A stretch of DNA of 64,000 bases from Bacteroidota bacterium. GTDB lineage: Bacteria > Bacteroidota > Bacteroidia > UKL13-3. The notes beneath the pieces were generated by a model. The model saw only the letters and a list, made by a program, of their open reading frames with translations. It made no database searches and was not told the DNA's origin. Made by a program: the position numbers and the translations under genes. Numbering within the stretch: position 1 is the stretch's first letter; the number at the start of each line of letters is the position of its first letter. The stretch covers positions 36,997 through 100,996 of the forward strand of contig CANJUD010000004.1 in NCBI GenBank assembly GCA_947477885.1, in the 5' to 3' direction. This document shows positions 10,118-20,065 of the stretch, piece after piece.

Positions 10118-10609
10118 TTAATAAGTGAGTTCTTTTAGTTTAGCCAAGTATAATAAATATAGGTTGGCACAAGCCATTGCGTCACTTAATGCATCGTGGT
10201 GGTTTAAAGATATTTCATATTGCCTGCATAAGGTGGCTAAATTTTTTCCATATATTTTATAGGTACATGCTTTTTCAAAGTCGGGCTTAACTATATTATA
10301 ATAATCCAGAGTTTCGTGAAGACAACCAATATCAAAAGCGGTATTATGTGCTACCACTTTTTGATTATGTATATAATGTTTGATGTCGTTCCAAACAGCA
10401 CTAAATAGAGGAGCATTCATCGTATCTCTCGCACTAATACCATGTATTTCGGTGTTTCTGTAAAAATAAAAATTATCTGGTGGGCGAACTAATCTATTGA
10501 TTTTATCTACCACTTCACCATTTACAACCCTCACCAATCCAACCTGACAAATGCTCCAGCGTTTGCCGTGTGCAGTTTCAAAATCTATGGCGGTAAAGGT
10601 GTGTGGCAT
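10118..10609 (-). CDS. 3'-5' exonuclease, DnaQ-like (DEDDh family)
   Basis: MPHTFTAIDFETA (Exo I), HNTAFDIGCL (Exo II), HHDALSDAMACANLY (Exo III). Confidence 0.8.
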   Translation of the reverse strand: MPHTFTAIDFETAHGKRWSICQVGLVRVVNGEVVDKINRLVRPPDNFYFYRNTEIHGISARDTMNAPLFSAVWNDIKHYIHNQKVVAHNTAFDIGCLHETLDYYNIVKPDFEKACTYKIYGKNLATLCRQYEISLNHHDALSDAMACANLYLLYLAKLKELTY

Positions 10610-10620
10610 GTATAAAAAAA

Positions 10621-10697
10621 GTCCTTAGTTTATAATACAAAACTAAGGACTTTTTATTATACAACTTTCCAAAAGTTATAAACTTTTGGAAAGCTAA
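10621..10697 (-). terminator. Tandem hairpins downstream of the metalloprotease gene
   Basis: AAAAAGTCCTTAGTTT...AACTAAGGACTTTTT, then CTTTCCAAAAGTTATAAACTTTTGGAAAG. Confidence 0.6.
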
Positions 10698-10704
10698 CAG
10701 CTAA

Positions 10705-13314
10705 CTATTTATTACTTTCAAATGCTTGCTTAATCAAGAAACTTATATATTGTCTATGTGCTGTAGTTTCTTTGTTAACTGGCGTTGCACCCACAGCTGG
10801 TGCTGCATTCACCATGCCATTGATATTTTTCAATGATTGATATACTGCTGCTTTGGCAACAAAATCACCACTGAAACTTCCCAACATATCTATCAAACGA
10901 GTTACATAAGCTGCTTGCAAATTTTGGCGAACCGTATTCACATTTGCTCCTTGGTCATCTTTGAAAATGGCATTGGTTAATTCGCCCATCATATCTGTAA
11001 CGGTATATTTATTTCCATACTGGCGGCTATCTGTTAAGCGACGCAAAGTATTACTGCTAAGCAAATGTCCGAGAACACCTGTTTGTATATTTAATATACG
11101 TGAATGTATTTTTGGGTCTTCTGTATTTCCAAAGAAATTAAATCCCCTGCGTTGCATTTGTAAGTATGGATATAAACTTTGAGCAGCATCAAAAGCATCA
11201 GGGGCAAATATATTTTTCGCCAGTATGCTCATCGCTTTCTTTTGGTCGGTTAATGGCACTGGAGTATAGGGTTGGGTAGATCCAAGTTGCCCCATGAATC
11301 CTCGGTTCACATACACGCCACCCACATAACGGCTTACTACTGTTGCAGCACTGTTCATCTCACCAGTTAATATCAAATATCCTTGACGCAATTCTTGATA
11401 GCTTTGTGCGGGTTTATTATATTTGTCTTTCAAGCCAAGCATATAAGCATTCACCAATTTAAAACGACTAGCTGAATAACCCAAAACGTCTTTACTAATA
11501 TCATTGACATTTACTCTGGGGTCGATACCGTTAAATGAACTACGCATATCATCAGCATCATTACCAAAAATAAGCAAACTATCATTCGATTTTTCTAAAA
11601 TCTGTGTGATTCTTCTTTCTTCAGTTGAAGCATTTTCGTCGGCTGCACTATATGCATATTCTATTGCCCAATTATCATAAGGACCAGGTTTGTTGGTAAA
11701 GTACAATCCTTGCTTGGCCTTGTCAGCAGCTAGATTCACGGCTGGGTAATCCATTACAGAGGCTGTTAATCCCAATCTGTCCGTAATAGCTTTATCATTC
11801 AATTGGTCGGGCCACAGCATTTGACTAGCTTTCATATTGTGATTCAAACCCATGGTATGTCCCATTTCGTGCAATACCAAATAGTATAAACTTTGTTTTA
11901 GATATTCTTTTACATCAACCTCACTTGCACCTTGAGCTGCCAAAGCTGTGCGACCCAGTATCATATTATGCTGCATACTTTCGCCCAATTGGCAGCAGTG
12001 TTTTCCTTTCACATCAGTCTCTTCTTTTTCATTCTCTATATTTAGTCCCGATGCATTGAAAAGTTTTTCTTGTTTCAATCTGTTGGTCACAAATATATAT
12101 TCGAGCATTATATCAGCACCCATAATCTGACCAGTACGTGGGTTCACAAAACTAGGGCCATAGCCACCAAATGGGGGATTGGGAGAAGAAGTCCAACGTA
12201 ATACATTATATCTAATATCACCTGCATCCCATGCTGCATCATCGGGTTGTTCGTTTATTACAACTGCATTTTTGAAACCTGCTTTTTCAAAAGCTAAATT
12301 CCAACGCAGTCCAGCTTCTTTTATAATAGGACGGAATTCTTTGGGAGTGGAGTTTTCAATCCACCAAGTGATTGGTTCAACAGGTTCGCTGATAGCAGCT
12401 GTCGGATCTTTCTTTACTAAATCCCACCGATGTATCATATCTTTATATGGAGTAGGAGATGTAGAAGTCATATCCTCTACCTCGGTGCTGAAGTACCCTA
12501 CACGCGGGTCATCACGGCGTGGTTTAAAATTATTGGCAGGCATTTCAATCAGCGTATGTTGCAAACGCACAGTTACTGAGCGTGCATCCGCTACTTCGCT
12601 TCCACCACCATTCATGGGCATGGGATTATCATATACATAATCAACTATTACATTGGTATTATAGGGATAGTTATGAATGGAAACATATTTAGATTTGTCT
12701 TTATTCAATCCACCCAGGCTAAAAAAGAAAGCGGCAAATGGACCACCCGAAGGAGCAGGTTTTACTTGGTGAAGGGCTTCACCCATAAATATACTATTAG
12801 CATCCAATAAATATTCTTGCTTGGCAGTATCATATACAGTTACTTTTAAACTTGCCAATACCGCATCGCTCACATTTGCATCGGCCGATTTACTGATGGC
12901 ATTTTGTGGGTCGAAATAGAAATTGGTATTTTTACTGATGAATTCAATTTTATCATAATATTTGCGTAGACCGAACACACGATTATCTCTAAAATTTCCG
13001 CGATTATGACCTGTTTCCACCAATCCATTTTCAGAATAGGCAAAGTAAATATATTCTTTATCAATTTGACTTTTCTTAACGGATATCCATAAATTCCCAG
13101 TCGTGGTGTCCTGATAGAGATTGAATAGCCCTTCGAATTTTTTGCAAGGTTTTACTTTTTCTTCAAAAGCATTTTTCTTTTTTTCATCGGGTTTTGAGGG
13201 CTTTTCCTCGGTTGCGAAAGTGCTTCCAATTGAAAATGCAAAGATTAATGCGTAGGTAATATTTTTACTCATCATATTTTTTGTTTTAAGGAGTTCGTGA
13301 ATTGAAAATTTCAT
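10705..13314 (-). CDS. Secreted zinc-dependent metalloprotease (DUF5117/DUF5118-type, HEMGH)
   Basis: 869 aa, signal peptide, HExxH zinc site LVLHEMGHTMGLNHN. Architecture typical of Bacteroidetes DUF5117/5118 metalloproteases. Confidence 0.8.
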   Translation of the reverse strand: MKFSIHELLKTKNMMSKNITYALIFAFSIGSTFATEEKPSKPDEKKKNAFEEKVKPCKKFEGLFNLYQDTTTGNLWISVKKSQIDKEYIYFAYSENGLVETGHNRGNFRDNRVFGLRKYYDKIEFISKNTNFYFDPQNAISKSADANVSDAVLASLKVTVYDTAKQEYLLDANSIFMGEALHQVKPAPSGGPFAAFFFSLGGLNKDKSKYVSIHNYPYNTNVIVDYVYDNPMPMNGGGSEVADARSVTVRLQHTLIEMPANNFKPRRDDPRVGYFSTEVEDMTSTSPTPYKDMIHRWDLVKKDPTAAISEPVEPITWWIENSTPKEFRPIIKEAGLRWNLAFEKAGFKNAVVINEQPDDAAWDAGDIRYNVLRWTSSPNPPFGGYGPSFVNPRTGQIMGADIMLEYIFVTNRLKQEKLFNASGLNIENEKEETDVKGKHCCQLGESMQHNMILGRTALAAQGASEVDVKEYLKQSLYYLVLHEMGHTMGLNHNMKASQMLWPDQLNDKAITDRLGLTASVMDYPAVNLAADKAKQGLYFTNKPGPYDNWAIEYAYSAADENASTEERRITQILEKSNDSLLIFGNDADDMRSSFNGIDPRVNVNDISKDVLGYSASRFKLVNAYMLGLKDKYNKPAQSYQELRQGYLILTGEMNSAATVVSRYVGGVYVNRGFMGQLGSTQPYTPVPLTDQKKAMSILAKNIFAPDAFDAAQSLYPYLQMQRRGFNFFGNTEDPKIHSRILNIQTGVLGHLLSSNTLRRLTDSRQYGNKYTVTDMMGELTNAIFKDDQGANVNTVRQNLQAAYVTRLIDMLGSFSGDFVAKAAVYQSLKNINGMVNAAPAVGATPVNKETTAHRQYISFLIKQAFESNK

Positions 13315-13443
13315 AATTGGTTGTTTAGAAATTAATATTTTTTTGAATTTTAAAGGCTGCGAAATTAAGCCTGTATCTGTTTCAAAAATGCATTTATAAA
13401 AAAACCGCCATTGAGACGGTTTTAAAAAACATTTTGGTGGCGA

Positions 13444-14115
13444 TTATTTACTTGCAGGAATAGCCTTTTTCTTCTCCTCATCTACAAGCGTTGCCCACTG
13501 CAATAAGTAGCCGTTTTTGAAATAATTAAGTTTATTTATGTCAACCAAAAACCTTCTACAGTTTTCACGAGGGTGAATATCACGGCGTTTTAAGAAATCG
13601 GTTTTAGCGTATGATGCTCCAATTTTAGTGAGTGCTTCGGCTTCGGTTAAATTAGAAGTTGATTTAAGCAATGCTGACTGCATCAATATGCTGCAAGTGG
13701 AAACATATCTTCCTATTTGTCCAAACAATATATCAAATTCGTAGGTCATCTCAACTTGGAATAGGTGATTGCCATCGGGTGCTAATAAAACGATAGAAGG
13801 CAGAATAAATATGTCATGCTTCTTTGCATAGGTGGTCCCAAATTCCTGGGCAATATCACCATTGATACAAAAGTACTTTGGCCCAACAAATTTTCTAATT
13901 GAATCACTCGACATTATTTCACGCGTAAATTTTTTACTGGTATAGCAATGTTGCGAATGTATATAGATTAAAATGGGTTTGTTCTCCCTTTTTGCATAGG
14001 GAATTATTCTGTCTAAACCCTCTTTCGACATATAAGAAATGCCTCTTATTTCAGAATAAGCTTGAAAGCTTGTAATAAGTAATAATGATACAATAAATAT
14101 ATTGCGCACTTTCAT
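13444..14115 (-). CDS. Secreted thioredoxin-fold-like protein (hypothetical)
   Basis: Signal peptide. Segment KPILIYIHSQHCYTSKKF...LLAPDG resembles a thioredoxin-like fold with a degenerate CxxS/T site. Confidence 0.4.
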   Translation of the reverse strand: MKVRNIFIVSLLLITSFQAYSEIRGISYMSKEGLDRIIPYAKRENKPILIYIHSQHCYTSKKFTREIMSSDSIRKFVGPKYFCINGDIAQEFGTTYAKKHDIFILPSIVLLAPDGNHLFQVEMTYEFDILFGQIGRYVSTCSILMQSALLKSTSNLTEAEALTKIGASYAKTDFLKRRDIHPRENCRRFLVDINKLNYFKNGYLLQWATLVDEEKKKAIPASK

Positions 14116-14210
14116 TTTTTAAATTTAACATCACGAAAATAGGTTAAATTTTTTACTTCACATCACACTTTATCAAATGGTGCTATATTATGTCTGAAAG
14201 GTTAGATATT

Positions 14211-15638
14211 TTATACAATCCATATTTTTGATGGATTTAAGACTAAATTAGGATCCAATGATTTTTTAATAGACTTATAAATTTCAATAATTTTTGGATC
14301 CATGAATTTGTGGAAATAGGGTCTCTGCACATGACCTATTCCATGTTCTCCGGATATAGTGCCGCCAAGTTCAAAACATTTGGCAAATATTTGGTTAATT
14401 GCTTCGGGAATTTTATGCTGCCAGTAGTCGTTATCCAAATCATCTTTCAATATATTAATGTGCAAATTTCCATCGCCCGCATGTCCATATATTATAGTTC
14501 TAAAATTATATTCTTTTTCAATACGGTCTATTTCGGATAATAGTTCAGGCAAATAAAAACGAGGTATTACGGTATCTTCTTCTTTATATACATTTCCATG
14601 TTTAGCTGCTTCGCCAATACTTCGGCGTATTTTCCATATATTTTCTTTTTGGTCCGCACTATCAAATGTATATATCTCGAGGCAGTTGCTTGCGTATAAT
14701 ATTTCCGATGCCTGCAGTGCTTCTTCTTCCAATGTATTAAGATGATTACCGTCAAACTCAATCAACAGAAATGCTTTTGATTGAGGAGGGTATTCAAATG
14801 TTTTCCCCAGGAATGACAATGAAGTTTGCAATGCTCGAACTGTAATAAATTCACAGGCAGAAGGAGTGAGGCCGGCCTGAAAAAGCATGGCTACATTTTT
14901 ACACGCATCTATATTGTTTTCAAAACATGCCAACATCAAATAATCGAAACGGGGCAGAGGGATTAATTTTAAAACTATTTTGGTAACTATGCCCAAGGTT
15001 CCTTCGCTGCCCACCATCAATTGCGTAATATTATAGCCTGTTGAATTTTTGAGCACGTTGGCTCCGGTATTTATAATATCGCCATTGGCTAGTACAACCT
15101 CCAAATTGAGAACATAATCTTTGGTAGTGCCATATTTTACTGCCTTTGGGCCGCCGCTGCTATGTGCAATATTTCCCCCAAGCGAGCAGGAACCTTTGCT
15201 AGCTGGATCGGGAGGGTAAAAAAGGTTTTTTGCTTTGGCAGCATTCTGCAAATCTTCATTGATAACTCCAGGCTCAACTATTGCTTGCAAATTTTGTTCA
15301 TCAATTTGTATTATATGATTTAGTTCTTTTAGGTTCAACACCACACCGCCCATCACCGGCAATGCACCGCCAGACAGACCAGTGCCTGCACCCCGCGTAG
15401 TAACTGGAATTAGATTCAGGTTGCAATATTTTACCACACCACTAATCTCTGAAACATTTGCAGGTATGATAACCACCTCGGGCATAAAAGATAAATTTTC
15501 AGTATAATCTTTCGAATTAATTTCTAAAGTTTCAGCATCTAAATATACATTTTCTTCTCCAACTAGGGATTTGAAAATTTCTATATCTGTTTCAATTATT
15601 TTCTTATACATTAGAGTTGTTTTATATACGTCCGTCAT
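14211..15638 (-). CDS. FAD-binding oxidoreductase (GlcD / D-lactate dehydrogenase family)
   Basis: 475 aa. FAD_binding_4 region (TTRGAGTGLSGGA) and C-terminal FAD-oxidase domain (HAGDGNLH, GGTISGEHGIG). Confidence 0.85.
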   Translation of the reverse strand: MTDVYKTTLMYKKIIETDIEIFKSLVGEENVYLDAETLEINSKDYTENLSFMPEVVIIPANVSEISGVVKYCNLNLIPVTTRGAGTGLSGGALPVMGGVVLNLKELNHIIQIDEQNLQAIVEPGVINEDLQNAAKAKNLFYPPDPASKGSCSLGGNIAHSSGGPKAVKYGTTKDYVLNLEVVLANGDIINTGANVLKNSTGYNITQLMVGSEGTLGIVTKIVLKLIPLPRFDYLMLACFENNIDACKNVAMLFQAGLTPSACEFITVRALQTSLSFLGKTFEYPPQSKAFLLIEFDGNHLNTLEEEALQASEILYASNCLEIYTFDSADQKENIWKIRRSIGEAAKHGNVYKEEDTVIPRFYLPELLSEIDRIEKEYNFRTIIYGHAGDGNLHINILKDDLDNDYWQHKIPEAINQIFAKCFELGGTISGEHGIGHVQRPYFHKFMDPKIIEIYKSIKKSLDPNLVLNPSKIWIV

Positions 15639-15787
15639 CCTATAAGAGCCGCCTTGGTTAATTTATTTCAGCATGACGAATTATACATTTTTTAATCATG
15701 CAAAAATATATAATATATAGTGACTATTCGCATTATAAAATTAACATAATGGTGTTGGGTTTTATTTAATAACTTCGCGGATTCTAT

Positions 15788-16654
15788 ATGCTAAGGACTT
15801 TGCTGCTCATATTAATTTCACTGTTGATAAATTCTTGTCTTAAGCGGTTTATCAAATCGGATAAAGAAATTGAAAAACATTATAGTAATAAATTAATCAA
15901 ACCTCAATATCATACCTTGCATACTTTGGGGTTTAAAGTTAATTATGCAACAGTATGCACTGATAGCACACTTCCATTGCTAGTGATGATACATGGTGCA
16001 CCAGGTGCATGGTATGGCTGGATGGCGCAATTGGATGATACTATTTTGCAAAAGAATTTTAGAATGTTGGCATTCGACAGACCTGGCTATAATAAATCGC
16101 GAGAAGGTAGAACGGTGAATGATATAGATAGCCAAACTATGATCATAAACAAACTCATTGAAATGCATAGAATGGGAACAAAAGTAATAGTGATGGGTAG
16201 GTCGTATGGAAGCCCAATAGCAATAATGGCGGCTGCACTGCACCCTGAGTGGGTAGATGGACTAATGCTCATTTCATCAGCAACAGATTCAGTATCCGAA
16301 AAATATTATTGGTTTTCTAGACTGGGGAAAACCAAGTTGGTGCGATGGTTGCTGCCCGCACCATTAAATACAGCAACGAATGAAAAATTTGCACATCCAT
16401 TACAGTTAGGCAAGGCCAAAAAGTATTATAGTAAAGTAAAATGCCCCGCCGTAATTATATATGGCGACAAGGATTACGTGGCCTATAATATAAATTCAAC
16501 AAAACTTGATTCTGAAATGCTGAATAGTCCACACAAGTTGATATGCGTGAAAGGTGCTGATCATTTTATCGCATTGAAAAGACCCGAAATAGTGCGGGAA
16601 GAGTTAATGGAAATGCTATCTAAAATAGGAATAGTTCCAAACTACAAACATTGA
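15788..16654 (+). CDS. Alpha/beta hydrolase
   Basis: VMIHGAPG oxyanion region, GRSYGS nucleophile elbow, C-terminal GADHF. Confidence 0.8.
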   Translation: MLRTLLLILISLLINSCLKRFIKSDKEIEKHYSNKLIKPQYHTLHTLGFKVNYATVCTDSTLPLLVMIHGAPGAWYGWMAQLDDTILQKNFRMLAFDRPGYNKSREGRTVNDIDSQTMIINKLIEMHRMGTKVIVMGRSYGSPIAIMAAALHPEWVDGLMLISSATDSVSEKYYWFSRLGKTKLVRWLLPAPLNTATNEKFAHPLQLGKAKKYYSKVKCPAVIIYGDKDYVAYNINSTKLDSEMLNSPHKLICVKGADHFIALKRPEIVREELMEMLSKIGIVPNYKH

Positions 16655-16671
16655 TGATTAGCAGATATAAG

Positions 16672-17025
16672 TTATTTCCCTGGACAAACTATTTCACCTT
16701 CTGCGGTTTTCTCACCTTTTTCGCTTTTTGCGGTATACTTATATTTTCCGGGTTTCTTCATTAGCGATGTTTTGTTACGGAATACTACATCAATAGCTCC
16801 AGCATATTTGCCTTCTATGAATATATAAATTTTACCACAGTCTGTGCAATCGCAGGTAAATTCTACCATGTCGTATTGACTCTCATCTACCATCGTAGTT
16901 GATTTGTCATCGTCTTGAACTTTTGCTGTTACTTTCAAATCCAAAGTGTTTTCTTCAATCAACTTAAAGCTACTAAAGCTAAAAGTGATGGAGGCAGCTA
17001 TAATAATATATACTAATTTTTTCAT
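16672..17025 (-). CDS. Hypothetical small secreted protein
   Basis: 117 aa, N-terminal signal peptide, Cys-containing. No known motifs. Confidence 0.4.
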   Translation of the reverse strand: MKKLVYIIIAASITFSFSSFKLIEENTLDLKVTAKVQDDDKSTTMVDESQYDMVEFTCDCTDCGKIYIFIEGKYAGAIDVVFRNKTSLMKKPGKYKYTAKSEKGEKTAEGEIVCPGK

Positions 17026-17037
17026 GATCTTAGTTTT

Positions 17038-19065
17038 TTATTTACGGGCTTTTGGTGTTTTACCTTTTGGAGCTTCTTTTGCTGGTTTCTTAGGAGGAAG
17101 TTTAGAGATGAAAGCTTTACCAGTAACTTTCACTGTTGTACGCCTGTTTGCCTGATGTTCGGTATCCGTACACTTTATAGATGGTTCCATGCCTTTTTCT
17201 TTTTCACAAGCACAATCATTTACCAAATATGTTTCTCCATATCCTTTGGCAACTAGTCTTTCTTTTTCAATACCATTGCGAATCAAATAATCAACAGCTG
17301 AATCAGCACGACGTTGGGATAGGTTAATATTATAATCGTAAGTAGCACGACAGTCAGTATGCGACCCTAGCTCAATAGTAATTTTAGGATATTTATTTAA
17401 TATACCAATTAATGAGTCTAGTATCAACGCAGCATCAGGACGAATGCGGGCACTATCCAAGTCGTAGTATATACCTGGAACATTGAAATATTTGTCAACA
17501 GGTAATTCATCCAAACAAAAATCTTGACGGAGCGTAGTCGATACTTCTATTCCCATTGTGGATACTTCTTCTACTTTGCTATCAATATATAAGTCCTCAC
17601 GTTTTTGTGCATATAAACTATATTCAGCATTGGGTTTTAAATTGCATTTGGTTTTGTACTCACCCTTCGCATCTGTTTTAATAGTAAGCACTTCATTATT
17701 GATACTATTATTAATAGTAACTGTTGCATTCGGAATTGGTTGATGATCCACACATCCAGTAACTTTACCCACTAAACAAATTTCCATAGGCAATAAATAG
17801 AAGCGGTAAATATCGTCGCCACCCTTACCTCCAGGTCTGTTTGATGTGAAATATCCAGTCTCTTTTGTTTTGTCGCAAATCAAGGCAAAGTCATCTCCGC
17901 CTGTGTTTATAGGCCATTTCATATTTTTAGGTTTGGTCCATTCTTTACCTACACCAGCTGAGTAAAAAATATCCATTCCACCCATTCCAGGGTGTCCATT
18001 TGAAGCGAAGAACAAACTTCCATCATCATGCACCCAAGGATAAACTTCATCTTTAATTGTATTAATTGTTGGGCCGCAGTTTACTGGTTCGCCCCAATCT
18101 TTGGTCTTTTTATTATAACGTGCAAACCAAATATCTAATCCGCCAATACCACCATCCATTTCACTTACAAAATATAGTGTTTCTCCATCAGGCGAAATAG
18201 ATGGGTCGGTGCATTGATACAAACTATCATTGTTGAAATTAAGCAACTCTGGTGCAGCATATTCTTTACCATTGTCTTCGCATGAGTATATTTTGCAGCG
18301 TTTCTCTTTACCATCACGTCCATTGCAAATGGTCAAATACACTTTTCCTTTTTTATCGGCTTGGCATGAACCATCGTTATAAGGCGAATTAATTTTACCC
18401 TTCAAAATAACTGGCGGTTTCATTTGAGCCGTTTTAAGATTGATGGTAGTAGAATATAAATCTGAAAAACCTCCAGATGTCCATGGATATTTTTTGGTTC
18501 CATTTCCACCGGGTCTATCAGTAGTGAAAAGTACTTGATCTTTTTTATAATAGGCAGGGGCGTAATCAAAATAGCGTGTATTAATTACTTTGCAATTTTC
18601 GATGCGGTATTTTGGTTTATCCTTTTTCCACTTTAATGCTTGCTCACTACCAGCTATCATTACATCGGCAAGGCTATCATCGGGGTTAGATTTTTTATAA
18701 TTGTTAAATTCAACAATAGCTTGCTCGTAATGCTCATTAAGCATTTCAATGCGGCCAATGTAATAACCTATCAATGGGTCTTTGTGCTCCTGCTTAATGG
18801 CAGTTCTGAACCACTTTTCAGCGTCTTTAAAATTATCAGCCTTATAATATGCCTCGGCTGCACGGTATGCTGCTTCTGCACGTTCGGGTTTGGTTTTTGA
18901 TTTTGTATATACATTTTTGTATACTTTGGCAGCTTCTCCATAAGCCAAGCTTTCTTCTAAAATTTTGCCTTTTTGTATAGTATCCTTACCACCACCACAA
19001 CTAAATCCGAAGATCACTAACGCAATCATCATAATTGCAGATTGCTTGAGCGTTATTTTTGTCAT
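17038..19065 (-). CDS. OmpA-family lipoprotein with TPR, TolB-like beta-propeller, CRD-like and OmpA_C domains (PorE-like T9SS component)
   Basis: Lipobox FGFSCGGG at internal start MTKITL. TPR stretch (AEAAYRAAEAYYKADNFKDAEKWF). Propeller repeats (SPDGETLYFVSE, DDGSLFFASN). C-terminal OmpA_C (NINLSQRRADSAVDYL). Same domain order as PorE/PG1058. Confidence 0.75.
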   Translation of the reverse strand: MTKITLKQSAIMMIALVIFGFSCGGGKDTIQKGKILEESLAYGEAAKVYKNVYTKSKTKPERAEAAYRAAEAYYKADNFKDAEKWFRTAIKQEHKDPLIGYYIGRIEMLNEHYEQAIVEFNNYKKSNPDDSLADVMIAGSEQALKWKKDKPKYRIENCKVINTRYFDYAPAYYKKDQVLFTTDRPGGNGTKKYPWTSGGFSDLYSTTINLKTAQMKPPVILKGKINSPYNDGSCQADKKGKVYLTICNGRDGKEKRCKIYSCEDNGKEYAAPELLNFNNDSLYQCTDPSISPDGETLYFVSEMDGGIGGLDIWFARYNKKTKDWGEPVNCGPTINTIKDEVYPWVHDDGSLFFASNGHPGMGGMDIFYSAGVGKEWTKPKNMKWPINTGGDDFALICDKTKETGYFTSNRPGGKGGDDIYRFYLLPMEICLVGKVTGCVDHQPIPNATVTINNSINNEVLTIKTDAKGEYKTKCNLKPNAEYSLYAQKREDLYIDSKVEEVSTMGIEVSTTLRQDFCLDELPVDKYFNVPGIYYDLDSARIRPDAALILDSLIGILNKYPKITIELGSHTDCRATYDYNINLSQRRADSAVDYLIRNGIEKERLVAKGYGETYLVNDCACEKEKGMEPSIKCTDTEHQANRRTTVKVTGKAFISKLPPKKPAKEAPKGKTPKARK

Positions 19066-19277
19066 TTTTAAAAAAGTGAGTTTTTGGTCCTTTATTTCGG
19101 GTGTCAAATTTGCGGAAAGAATCGACACAAACAAAATTTTAAGATTGAACAAATTAAAAAAAATGTTCATAACACGCTGCATCCTTTGATAGTCCATGGT
19201 TTTATTACTTTGTTTAAGTAAAAAATATTTCCATAATTTTGTTTTTAAAGGCTAAATACTACTAAATTTGTACACCA

Positions 19278-19949
19278 ATGATTCATCAATCACCCCTAAA
19301 AGTTGTCTGCCTCGTCGTAATTTTTATAATTTCTTCATCTTTTACTGGAGGAAATAGTTCCGTAAAACTTGCCCGATTAAAATATAGTGGCGGGGGCGAT
19401 TGGTATGTGAGTCCAACTTCCTTGCCTAACCTTATTCAGTTTTGCAACCAAAATCTTGGAACACATATAGCCGAAGAGGAAGACCCTGTGGAAGTAGGGA
19501 GTCCTGAGTTATTTAATTATCCATGGGTTCATATAACTGGGCATGGCAATATGTTTTTCACAGATACTGAATCAAAAAATTTACGCAACTATCTCATAGC
19601 AGGCGGATTCTTAAATATTAATGACAGCTATGGTATGGATAAATTTATCCGTCGCGAAATGAAAAAAGTTTTTCCAGAATTGGATTTTATCGAACTTCCC
19701 TACACCCACGCACTTTATCATTCAGCTTACGATTTCTCGACTGGACTTCCCAAAATTCATGAACACGATAACAAACCCGCCCAAGGTTTCGGACTTATAT
19801 ATGAAGGCAGGCTCATTTGTTTTTATAACTATGAATGCGACCTCGGCGATGGCTGGGAAAATCCAGAGATACATAAAGATTCTCCCGAAAAAAGAACCAA
19901 AGCACTGCAAATGGGAGCCAATATTATTAAATATGCTTTTGGGAATTAG
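19278..19949 (+). CDS. DUF4159 domain-containing protein
   Basis: 223 aa. N-terminal hydrophobic segment. LARLKYSGGGDWY motif characteristic of the DUF4159 family. Confidence 0.55.
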   Translation: MIHQSPLKVVCLVVIFIISSSFTGGNSSVKLARLKYSGGGDWYVSPTSLPNLIQFCNQNLGTHIAEEEDPVEVGSPELFNYPWVHITGHGNMFFTDTESKNLRNYLIAGGFLNINDSYGMDKFIRREMKKVFPELDFIELPYTHALYHSAYDFSTGLPKIHEHDNKPAQGFGLIYEGRLICFYNYECDLGDGWENPEIHKDSPEKRTKALQMGANIIKYAFGN

Positions 19950-19951
19950 TG

Positions 19952-20027
19952 GTCAGTAAACAGTAATCAGTAGTTAGTGCTGACGCCGAATGGCACTGAC
20001 TACTGTTTACTGACCACTGTCTACTAA
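19952..20027. repeat. Long imperfect palindrome (24-bp arms) with conserved loop core CTGACGCCGAATGGCAC
   Basis: AGTGGTCAGTAAACAGTAATCAGT...ACTGACTACTGTTTACTGACCACT. The loop core recurs at 42567-42586. Confidence 0.7.
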
Positions 20028-20065
20028 AATGAAAAATGTTAATTATTAAATAAAAAATATTCACG

